Shown piece by piece: positions 17,205 to 24,058 of a DNA stretch of 25,788 nt. A program made the position numbers and the translations under genes. Source of the stretch: a virus. Its lineage: Duplodnaviria > Caudoviricetes. Under the pieces are notes generated by a model. It worked only from the letters and a program-made list of their open reading frames with translations, did not search any database and was not told the DNA's origin. Position 1 is the first letter of the stretch. The number at the start of each line of letters is the position of its first letter. The stretch is from positions 1-25,788 of IMG/VR virus record IMGVR_UViG_3300025084_000191; one strand, written 5' to 3'.

Positions 17205-17233
17205 ATATAATAGAAATTTTTGTTATTTATTTA
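17205..17233 (-). promoter_or_regulatory. Putative phage late promoter, copy 5 (TAAAT-N15-CTATTATAT)
   Basis: 3 nt upstream of the parB-like ATG; heads the modification plus terminase operon. Confidence 0.75.
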
Positions 17234-17450
17234 ATAATCTTTCTTTTGCTCTTGACCATAACTTATCACGTTTTTTACTTAATGTAGGTTCAGTACGCAC
17301 TATTGAAGGCAATCCTTCTTCAGGTTTACTTTCCATCCATAAACCACATTCACATCTCGCTTCTATTGTTTTCCACCCACCATCTCTATATCTAATAGTT
17401 TGTTTACCTATTTCTTGTGTGTTACCACATTTGCAACTATATAATGTCAT
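17223..17450 (-). CDS. Small zinc-ribbon protein
   Basis: CKCG and CECG cysteine pairs. Confidence 0.6.
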   Translation of the reverse strand: MTLYSCKCGNTQEIGKQTIRYRDGGWKTIEARCECGLWMESKPEEGLPSIVRTEPTLSKKRDKLWSRAKERLLNK

Positions 17451-17701
17451 TGTAGTTTATCTAGTTCAAAGTGTAAGTGGTTTATAGCTTTTCTTATATC
17501 TTGTATACCACCATCACTATGTTTGTTCTTACTTCGTAATAAATAACTTACTGCTGTTGCCAAGTTGTAGCTTAAATCAAAGTCTTCTACCACTCTACGT
17601 GCTTCATATCCGAAAACCTTACCAACGTAATAGTCAGGTATTCCTAGTTCTTCTTTGCTCATTAACATCTTAGGATTTATCAGTTCTTTTTTCTTTGTCA
17701 T
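17447..17701 (-). CDS. DUF3310 family protein
   Basis: PDYY...YNLATAVSYLLR..K...DIRKAINHL matches the DUF3310 pattern (T7 gp1.7-related). Confidence 0.7.
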   Translation of the reverse strand: MTKKKELINPKMLMSKEELGIPDYYVGKVFGYEARRVVEDFDLSYNLATAVSYLLRSKNKHSDGGIQDIRKAINHLHFELDKLQ

Positions 17702-17879
17702 TTTCTAGTATTTTAATTAGTCCGTCTTGTGTGTGTAAAGGTCTAGCATTAGTAAACTTTCTATATTCTTCAGGAGAGTATATAAGCTTTACTTCTTTTA
17801 CTAGGTCTTCATTATATTTCACTACCCATCTACTTGAGTAGTGCATCTTATTTCTTTTTAAGTGTGCTAGGTAACTCAT
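17670..17879 (-). CDS. Hypothetical protein, 69 aa
   Basis: ATGA overlap with the upstream gene. Confidence 0.6.
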   Translation of the reverse strand: MSYLAHLKRNKMHYSSRWVVKYNEDLVKEVKLIYSPEEYRKFTNARPLHTQDGLIKILENDKEKRTDKS

Positions 17880-18280
17880 TGGCTGTATTTTTTATATAGT
17901 TTCTTTATACCATCAAAGCAAGTTGATATACAAGAACCACAATTAGTATTAGTTTGATAGTTTGTATTGTATATTGTATTGTAAGTTTCTATCATTAATT
18001 TTTTAGCTTGTACGTTCTTAGCTCTGCCTGTCTTTAAGTCTTCCCACATATTTAATATAGCATCTATTATCTCTTGTGGTAAGTCATCAGGTGCTTTCAT
18101 AACCTCAACTGTCTGCTCCCAATACTTCTGTGGACAACTCTGATTAGCAATTCGTGCCTTGATTTTCATAAAACACATACAAATTTTGCAGCTACCTGTT
18201 GGCTTGTAATAGTAAGCACAACCTTTACAGATTTCTATTCTATCTTCATATACTTCATTTGGTACAAAAAATCTATTCAT
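17876..18280 (-). CDS. Cys-rich putative metal-binding protein
   Basis: RIEICKGC...CKICMCFM..K......CPQKYW N-domain plus TNCGSC C-domain. Confidence 0.65.
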   Translation of the reverse strand: MNRFFVPNEVYEDRIEICKGCAYYYKPTGSCKICMCFMKIKARIANQSCPQKYWEQTVEVMKAPDDLPQEIIDAILNMWEDLKTGRAKNVQAKKLMIETYNTIYNTNYQTNTNCGSCISTCFDGIKKLYKKYSQ

Positions 18281-18845
18281 CTAATTCCTTTTTAAGTATA
18301 TCCCTTACTTTATCTATTGTAGTAAATAAGCTATTCCTACTTATCTTAGTCTTGGTAGCTAAAGAGTCTAATGTGTTACCTTCATAATAGTATAACTTAA
18401 ATAATTCCCTATCATACCAATTTAACTTATCTAATTCTTTATCCACCTGTTCTAGTTTTGTCCAAATAAATGTTTCTTCAGGATTCGGTATGTTTGATAA
18501 CCCCCTATAATGAATACTATTATTTTCATAATTAAAATTATTGCTAGACAAAGAAACATTGTTATTAAAGCTATCAATATGTGTGTAATACTTTTCATAC
18601 TTATAATAAAAATTACTTCTCTTACTTGTCAATGCCCTTCTTAGTGCTACTGCTCCGTATCTTGTTAACCCATCTACTCCGTCTTTATCGTATATTGACT
18701 TTAATGTTGAGGGGTTCATTTGAAGGAAATAGAGCATCAACTCCTGCACTGCTTCGTTTATCTTGTTTTCATCTTTTGTTAATCCATAAGACATTGTCCT
18801 AAACTTATCAGTTAGTTTAGCTATTTCAAGATATATCTTATTCAT
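18273..18845 (-). CDS. Phage sigma70/ECF-like sigma factor (probable late-gene regulator)
   Basis: Region-2-like EAVQELMLYFL and region-4 HTH LNWYDRELFKLYYYEGNTLDSLATKTKISRNSLFTTIDKVR. Confidence 0.75.
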   Translation of the reverse strand: MNKIYLEIAKLTDKFRTMSYGLTKDENKINEAVQELMLYFLQMNPSTLKSIYDKDGVDGLTRYGAVALRRALTSKRSNFYYKYEKYYTHIDSFNNNVSLSSNNFNYENNSIHYRGLSNIPNPEETFIWTKLEQVDKELDKLNWYDRELFKLYYYEGNTLDSLATKTKISRNSLFTTIDKVRDILKKELDE

Positions 18846-19194
18846 TTGTTGTTTCTAATAAACTTAATCTGTCTACTGTTTCCTGAAGCATTTCCTCAAG
18901 GACTACCTTATACGCTCTAATTACTGCTCTGTTACGTTGTGTTTCAAGTCCTGCAAAGAACCCATTTGTTGCTACTGATAAGTTAATTGGTATTACCATT
19001 AGCCAATCATAAAAGTTGTTTTCTTTAACACCTTCACCATAACCATTGTGATATTCAAATATTACTGATACAACATCTAAATAGTTATAATATTTATTTT
19101 TACTGCTTACATCTTTTGCAAACTCCTTACACATTTTTACATAAACTTCTAATGTTGCTTTATGTTCTTGGCTTGAAAAGATTGGTTCAATCAT
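18838..19194 (-). CDS. Hypothetical protein, 118 aa
   Basis: Clean ORF overlapping the sigma gene start. Confidence 0.65.
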   Translation of the reverse strand: MIEPIFSSQEHKATLEVYVKMCKEFAKDVSSKNKYYNYLDVVSVIFEYHNGYGEGVKENNFYDWLMVIPINLSVATNGFFAGLETQRNRAVIRAYKVVLEEMLQETVDRLSLLETTNE

Positions 19195-19198
19195 TGCT

Positions 19199-19206
19199 CA
19201 AATGTA
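19199..19206 (-). promoter_or_regulatory. Bacteroidota -7 promoter box (TACATTTG) 4 nt before ATG 19194
   Basis: Matches TAnnTTTG in a 21-nt intergenic gap; no clear -33 box. Confidence 0.55.
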
Positions 19207-19215
19207 AGAAAATTT

Positions 19216-19626
19216 TTATTCTATTCCTTTTTCTTTTTTTAAGTTATGAACAGCTGATTTGTAATAAGTTATGTTTTCTTCATAATCAGCTCTAGTAAAT
19301 TTAGTTATTTGTCTTGCGTTAAATTCTAATTCTTCAGCAGTACCTTCTCCATATTTAGCATCTAAATTAAGAGCAAATCTATACTGCTCACCGTATCTAA
19401 ATACGTTGCAAGCAGGACATTGTACTTGGCAATTTATTTCTCCCCACCTTGTGGAATTATGTCTACGACTTTGGAAATGCCCATTCTGCATACGTTTGTA
19501 GTGGTCTACCTTACCACAAGTAAAGCATTGACAAACTCCTTCATTATTACTTTCTCTAAGTCTAACAAATAAACTGAACCACTTATCAAGTTCTTTCTTT
19601 AGTTTGCTTATAGTTTTCAATCCCAT
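19216..19626 (-). CDS. ninG: NinG/Rap family endonuclease
   Basis: LDKWFSLFVRLR, CFTCG, GHFQSR, RW.E.NCQVQCPACN and GEQY. Confidence 0.9.
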   Translation of the reverse strand: MGLKTISKLKKELDKWFSLFVRLRESNNEGVCQCFTCGKVDHYKRMQNGHFQSRRHNSTRWGEINCQVQCPACNVFRYGEQYRFALNLDAKYGEGTAEELEFNARQITKFTRADYEENITYYKSAVHNLKKEKGIE

Positions 19627-19895
19627 AAAACTTCTTGTATTAATTGAGCAGGTGGTGCTACATATATATATTTAGCTATTGTAGTATTCCTACCAAATCT
19701 AGTTTTTTTAATTAAAGGCATACTGCTTATATCATACCCTTCTTTCCTATGATTAAATATAATAGCTGAAAGTCTAGTTGCTCCATATTCTTTGATAGCT
19801 TCATAACTCGTTATACTTCCATATTGTTTCAAGTGCCATAGTATAGCATCTGATTGACTTTTTACTTCTCCTGATGTAATTTTAATTGTTTTCAT
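19617..19895 (-). CDS. Winged helix-turn-helix protein
   Basis: SQ..AILWHLKQYGSITSYEA...YGATRLSAIIF..RKEGYDI. Confidence 0.8.
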   Translation of the reverse strand: MKTIKITSGEVKSQSDAILWHLKQYGSITSYEAIKEYGATRLSAIIFNHRKEGYDISSMPLIKKTRFGRNTTIAKYIYVAPPAQLIQEVLWD

Positions 19896-20086
19896 AATAA
19901 CTTTTTATTATCTGCATATTCACAAGCATCATTGTATAAATTAGGATTTAGTTCTTGTATGTAGTCAACAAAATCATCATGCCATTCTAATTTTTCTACA
20001 TTTGATTTATTAATATGTAATGCTATATCAAATTCTGGAATATTGTCTCTCAATATTTTAATTCGTTCATCATTTGTTTTTTTCAT
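19892..20086 (-). CDS. Hypothetical protein, 64 aa
   Basis: Start reassigned to ATG 20086, which overlaps the upstream TGA. Confidence 0.6.
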   Translation of the reverse strand: MKKTNDERIKILRDNIPEFDIALHINKSNVEKLEWHDDFVDYIQELNPNLYNDACEYADNKKLL

Positions 20087-20451
20087 TTTAAAAGTTTTAG
20101 TGGTTCTTGATACCATAAGGTCTTTCCTTTTGGCTTTCCTAAAGTATGCACTTCATAATATGCATTGTCTATAAGTTGTTTTTGAGCATAACACCATTTG
20201 TAAAAAGTTCTGATGTTTAAGAATGGTTCATCTTTACCAAACCTAACACCCTGATGAAAAGCATCTACAACTTGATTCCAAGTCATATTACCAAATCTTT
20301 TCTCTTGTATTAAGTCTTGTGCAAATATCTTACTAAGACTTGCTAAGGTGTCTGCTTGTGTTCTGTGTCCTATTTCTACTGATGTCTTTGCTACTAAGTC
20401 TAGGACTTTCTCAGTTAGCTCTTGTAGATTCTCTTGTTTTAGTGGTTTCAT
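20083..20451 (-). CDS. Hypothetical protein, possible helicase loader/recruiter
   Basis: Helical with AFHQGVR...FLNIRTFYKW. Function inferred only from its position downstream of the initiator. Confidence 0.45.
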   Translation of the reverse strand: MKPLKQENLQELTEKVLDLVAKTSVEIGHRTQADTLASLSKIFAQDLIQEKRFGNMTWNQVVDAFHQGVRFGKDEPFLNIRTFYKWCYAQKQLIDNAYYEVHTLGKPKGKTLWYQEPLKLLK

Positions 20452-20630
20452 CTTAAATTATTTAATATCATTTCATAAAATTCTTCTTCATTGTTTTCTG
20501 TCCATTTTTGTATCTGTTCTTCAGTCATTTCTTTACCATTCTCATCTTCTGCATAACTTATAAATGCATCACAAAAGTCAGGGTAATCCCAAGATTTTAC
20601 ATCTTCTAATTCATAATCTGTTAATTTCAT
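20448..20630 (-). CDS. Conserved acidic phage protein (DYPDFCDAFI motif), 60 aa
   Basis: Start reassigned to ATG 20630 (ATGA overlap with the initiator stop). Confidence 0.65.
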   Translation of the reverse strand: MKLTDYELEDVKSWDYPDFCDAFISYAEDENGKEMTEEQIQKWTENNEEEFYEMILNNLR

Positions 20631-21262
20631 ATTAAGTTCTTTGCTTTTTGCCATTCATTAATTTGAGCATCTAACTTGGAAGTTCCCTTTGGCTTAGGTT
20701 TATCCCATTTCTTTTGATTAGTTACCCACGTCTTTAATCTTAATCCTGTCTTCCAAGTTTTGTTTAACTCGAATTTCATTTTTGTATTTGACTTATTTGG
20801 TTCAGTCCAATAATCTATAAAAGCATTTAATATACTTTCTTCATAATCAAAAGTTAAAACCTCAAAAACAAAATCATTCTTCCTATTAGATATATTATTA
20901 TTATTTGTATTATTAATATTAGTAGTATTACTCTTTACAGTTTTCTTTAATAGGGTATTATTGTTTTCTGTTATACCCCCCTTAAGAATTTTGATATACC
21001 TATTATCAATTTCTTTACTACCTTCCTTATAAGTATATTCTACTTCAATATAACCATACTTAACTAATTCACTTATCCAACCTGAAATAGCACCCTTACT
21101 TTTTCCATATAAATTAGCAAAATATTTATTAGTAGCAAAGCAATGACCATTCATATTGCATAACGCAGTAATCTCTGCGTACAGCAGTTTTGTGCTTGGT
21201 TTAAGGTTTATATCATATCTAACCTCTGCTGACAGTATAGCGTAATAGTTTGGCTTCTCCAT
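20627..21262 (-). CDS. Replication initiator (N-terminal wHTH, lambda O-like architecture)
   Basis: PNYYAILSAEVRYD...KLLYAEITAL...CFATNKYFA N-domain, Asn-rich linker, FIDYWTE...RLKTW C-domain. Confidence 0.85.
   Translation of the reverse strand: MEKPNYYAILSAEVRYDINLKPSTKLLYAEITALCNMNGHCFATNKYFANLYGKSKGAISGWISELVKYGYIEVEYTYKEGSKEIDNRYIKILKGGITENNNTLLKKTVKSNTTNINNTNNNNISNRKNDFVFEVLTFDYEESILNAFIDYWTEPNKSNTKMKFELNKTWKTGLRLKTWVTNQKKWDKPKPKGTSKLDAQINEWQKAKNLI
20885..21022. repeat. Putative replication origin: four degenerate 15-mers plus AT-rich tract inside the initiator gene
   Basis: gttttctttaatagg (20940), gttttctgttatacc (20963), gaattttgatatacc (20986), aatttctttactacc (21008); spacing 23/23/22 nt; nearly pure A/T tract at 20885-20930. 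Confidence 0.55.
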
Positions 21263-21771
21263 TATATTATATCAATTTTAAAATGATAGTTATTCATTGC
21301 TAACTTAATATTTTCTATTTGATTAGAAAAATCTAAGTATGAAGTATGGATAGTACATTTAGCTCTACCACTTTCTACCATTAATTTGACATCAGAATCT
21401 TTAGATTCCATCACTTTATTTTGCAATAGGTGATTTCTCATCTGTCTATTATTGATAAATATATCTTTCTGTCCATCAATATCTTTGTACTCCTTATAAA
21501 CTTTTGTAAAAGTATTTCTATATATTTTACAATGCTTAAAGTTCTTATCGTGAGTCCTTTCATAATGATATGTAGCTGTTCTATCTCTATTTAATACTTT
21601 AGCAATTACATTCCTGTCTATATTTTCTTCAATCAATCCAATATAACCTGCTACTGAACGAGCAGTCTGCAATTCCCTTTCTCTATTTTTTAAAGATAAA
21701 CAGCCACTAGGCAACCCTACTACTCTAGTAGTAAGGTCGCATATAGCTTTAAAGTTTAATTCTTCTGTCAT
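21262..21771 (-). CDS. DnaA C-terminal (domain IV)-like HTH protein, 169 aa
   Basis: R.RELQTARSVAGYI...IAKVLNRDRTATYHY resembles the DnaA domain IV signature. Start reassigned to ATG 21771, just after the SSB stop. Confidence 0.65.
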   Translation of the reverse strand: MTEELNFKAICDLTTRVVGLPSGCLSLKNRERELQTARSVAGYIGLIEENIDRNVIAKVLNRDRTATYHYERTHDKNFKHCKIYRNTFTKVYKEYKDIDGQKDIFINNRQMRNHLLQNKVMESKDSDVKLMVESGRAKCTIHTSYLDFSNQIENIKLAMNNYHFKIDII

Positions 21772-21772
21772 C

Positions 21773-22114
21773 TTAAAATGGTAAATCATCAGGTGTAGTA
21801 CCTGTAAAATCTGTACCCATAGTAACATTATCATCTGTTTTATTACTTTGTTGTACAAAATGGTACCCATCTATATTATGATAATATTTGCCATTGTATT
21901 CTCTTGAATAAACATTACAAAGAATAGTTACTGTCGTACCTTCTTCTAATTTATTCATTCGTTCAACTTTATCACCAAATGCACTTACTGCTACTAAATT
22001 GTTGAATTCATTACCTGTATCAATAACAACTGTTTGCTTTTGCCATTCTTTTCCTGACTTACTTGTTCCTGTTTCTATGTTTAGAAACTTAACTAATTTT
22101 CCTTTTACTTCCAT
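21773..22114 (-). CDS. DUF3127 single-stranded DNA-binding protein
   Basis: G.SKSGKEWQKQ, SREYNGKYY and an acidic DDLPF tail. Confidence 0.85.
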   Translation of the reverse strand: MEVKGKLVKFLNIETGTSKSGKEWQKQTVVIDTGNEFNNLVAVSAFGDKVERMNKLEEGTTVTILCNVYSREYNGKYYHNIDGYHFVQQSNKTDDNVTMGTDFTGTTPDDLPF

Positions 22115-22127
22115 TTTTTTTATTTAT

Positions 22128-22520
22128 TTAATTATTACTCTTTTTAAAATCTTCTGCTTCATCTTCCCCAAATACTCCAAGTTCATAGAAACCTGTAAGT
22201 TTTAGTACAGCTCTTGACATTGCTCGTTTCTCTGCCATTTCCATTACGTACCAAGTATTTGTATTACCATCTTTAAATCCTGCACCTTTAAGTGCTGAAC
22301 CAAAAGTCTGTATTGCAGTACCTTCTTTTCTTGCGTTTGCTTTAACTACACAAAAGTCTTTCTCGCAATTAATAACATCATAGTCAATATGTATGCTTTC
22401 AAGTGCTTGTATCTTATCTATGCCACTACGTGTAATAATAATGTAGTGCTGATGCTTAAAGACATCATCTTTAGTTAAATTGTACTTAATGTACTTTTCC
22501 TTCAAAATCTCTGTTTTCAT
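22128..22520 (-). CDS. Conserved phage protein, possible ssDNA-annealing recombinase
   Basis: IITRSGIDKIQ and MAEKRAMSRAVLK...EDE; sits directly upstream of SSB. Function is inference. Confidence 0.5.
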   Translation of the reverse strand: MKTEILKEKYIKYNLTKDDVFKHQHYIIITRSGIDKIQALESIHIDYDVINCEKDFCVVKANARKEGTAIQTFGSALKGAGFKDGNTNTWYVMEMAEKRAMSRAVLKLTGFYELGVFGEDEAEDFKKSNN

Positions 22521-22717
22521 TTTTTGTTTATGTATTTAGTTAATTGTTGTTTTATATATTCTAATTGTTCTTCATCTATCCATTCTATAAAGTTATAAGA
22601 GTCAAAACAAATTTGAAAGTCATTACCATATTCATCTGTTCCTCTTAAATAAACTTCATTTTCGTGTGCTTGGAATGTATTAATATCATTCATTCTTTTA
22701 TGTATTAGTTCTGACAT
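22517..22717 (-). CDS. Hypothetical protein, 66 aa
   Basis: Coupled to neighbours at both ends. Confidence 0.65.
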   Translation of the reverse strand: MSELIHKRMNDINTFQAHENEVYLRGTDEYGNDFQICFDSYNFIEWIDEEQLEYIKQQLTKYINKK

Positions 22718-23055
22718 TATCTTAAATTTATAATTAATACTTTGCTATTTCGTTCTAAATATAATTGATTTAGTTCCTTTAGCTTTTTATTTACTCTAAC
22801 ATTATAATCTGCATTGTAATGAAATGAACCAACAGGGTCTGCACATAGGTCATAAGCTTCATCTAAATTCAAACCTGTATTTTCTATATAATCATCTAGT
22901 GCTTTATCAATTTGTTCTTCTGTACCATACACCCTAATCTTAGTGCTAACCTGTTTTATATCATTACTAAAGGATTGAGTTAAACTATCCCAATTAACTT
23001 CAGTATTGAATTTACCATTGTCATAGAAATGGAAGTCTGTTGCCATTAATTCCAT
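22717..23055 (-). CDS. Hypothetical protein, ~110 aa
   Basis: Open frame; may instead start at ATG 23046 (TAATG overlap). Confidence 0.65.
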   Translation of the reverse strand: MELMATDFHFYDNGKFNTEVNWDSLTQSFSNDIKQVSTKIRVYGTEEQIDKALDDYIENTGLNLDEAYDLCADPVGSFHYNADYNVRVNKKLKELNQLYLERNSKVLIINLR

Positions 23056-23270
23056 TGTAGTACGATATTAGTTATCCATATAATTAAAGTTACAGCAGCT
23101 ACACCAACTACAATATCTGATATGAAATTATATCTTTTTGCTTCTTCATACTTTATTGAGCTGATTGCATAATCAGACATTAGATTCTTATTGAAAAATC
23201 TTTTTATTTCTTCAGAATTAAAGATATGTTCCTGTCTTGTTGTACGATTTATTACTCGAAATTTTGTCAT
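23046..23270 (-). CDS. Small protein with C-terminal transmembrane helix
   Basis: IVVGVAAVTLIIWITNIVL segment; preceded by the repeated leader. Confidence 0.65.
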   Translation of the reverse strand: MTKFRVINRTTRQEHIFNSEEIKRFFNKNLMSDYAISSIKYEEAKRYNFISDIVVGVAAVTLIIWITNIVLQWN

Positions 23271-23290
23271 CTTAGTTTTAGTTTTAATTA
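23268..23290 (-). repeat. Early-gene leader repeat TAATTAAAACTAAAACTAAGATG
   Basis: 22/23 identical to 23588-23610 and 21/23 identical to 23923-23945. Confidence 0.75.
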
Positions 23291-23590
23291 TTAAAATTGT
23301 TGTATTATAAATGCTCCGTTGCCTAATTCTATTACTTGTGTATAATCCATTATTGAATCAATATCAGGATAATCCTCGTGGTCATATTCTAAATGAAATT
23401 CTGCAATGTTATCATATTCTGAATATTCACAACATAAAGCTATTGGGTCAAACTCAATGCTTTCCCCTGTACTTTCTTCGTATTCCTCTAGGTAATCAAA
23501 TAACCCGTGTAAACCTACTCTGCTAAATTTATCTGGTCTGTTCTGTTGAAACCATCTGCTGAACTCATAAAAATTAATTGTTTTTTTCAT
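23291..23590 (-). CDS. Conserved acidic early phage protein, 99 aa
   Basis: FS..GL..LFDYLEEYEE.TGE.IEFDPIALCCEYSEY motif. Confidence 0.75.
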   Translation of the reverse strand: MKKTINFYEFSRWFQQNRPDKFSRVGLHGLFDYLEEYEESTGESIEFDPIALCCEYSEYDNIAEFHLEYDHEDYPDIDSIMDYTQVIELGNGAFIIQQF

Positions 23591-23605
23591 CTTAGTTTTA
23601 GTTTT

Positions 23606-23655
23606 GATTAAGACGCTTCACAGCGTTTCGACCATTGAGGTCTCGTCAGTTAATC
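23606..23655 (-). ncRNA. Type I hammerhead ribozyme
   Basis: GAUUAA CUGACGA GACC-UCAAU-GGUC GAA ACGCU-GUGA-AGCGU C UUAAUC: full CUGANGA/GAAA/GUC core and three perfectly paired stems; intergenic. Confidence 0.93.
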
Positions 23656-23658
23656 TAT

Positions 23659-23925
23659 TTAGTAGTTTAATTCAAGTAGCTCAAGTGCTTTTTGTTCTTG
23701 TTTCCATGTTCTGATGATACTTCCATTACCTTGATTGTATCGGTGGTCAAAAAATGCATATGGTGAATGTGTAATTGTGTCTTCACAAAACCAATACCAA
23801 ACATTTCCGTTTGAAGTGAATCCAATGAAGTTGCTTATTTTATGTTTTGTGTCTTCTGCTTTGATGAAAGATGTTTTGAATCCTTTGTTTTCGATTGCTT
23901 GTTTGATGTCTTTAATTCTTGCCAT
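23659..23925 (-). CDS. First early gene, hypothetical protein, 88 aa (MARIKDIKQ...)
   Basis: Start reassigned to ATG 23925, after the repeated A-rich leader and downstream of the promoter. Confidence 0.7.
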   Translation of the reverse strand: MARIKDIKQAIENKGFKTSFIKAEDTKHKISNFIGFTSNGNVWYWFCEDTITHSPYAFFDHRYNQGNGSIIRTWKQEQKALELLELNY

Positions 23926-23959
23926 TTTAGTTTTTGTTTTAATTAATAATTTGATATGA

Positions 23960-23967
23960 CAAATATA
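23960..23967 (-). promoter_or_regulatory. Early promoter, Bacteroidota -7 box TATATTTG
   Basis: TAnnTTTG match in the largest intergenic region, 34 nt upstream of ATG 23925. Confidence 0.7.
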
Positions 23968-24058
23968 AAACAAATATTTTAATTAACACTCTTTTTTACA
24001 AACTTTTTAACAAAAAATATGGTTCTTATCCAGTAGATTAAATAAAAAAACATTAAAA

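Noticed and set aside
17447-17701. DUF3310 and the metallophosphoesterase as parts of the DNA modification pathway
   Set aside because: Both are common in phages without such modules and lie outside the late operon; no sequence evidence links them.
19756-19785. Extra CTATTATAT match on the minus strand
   Set aside because: It is inside the HTH gene, lacks the YAAAT box at 15-nt spacing and has no adjacent start codon.
21772-21870. N-terminal extensions in the ORF track (starts at 21870, 23973, 20654, 20116, 11942)
   Set aside because: They overlap upstream genes or promoters; downstream ATGs with stop-start coupling or A-rich leaders are better starts.
23268-23945. Leader repeats as a CRISPR array or integron attC sites
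   Set aside because: The intervals are whole genes of ~300 nt, the repeats are non-palindromic and include start codons, and no cas or integrase gene is present.
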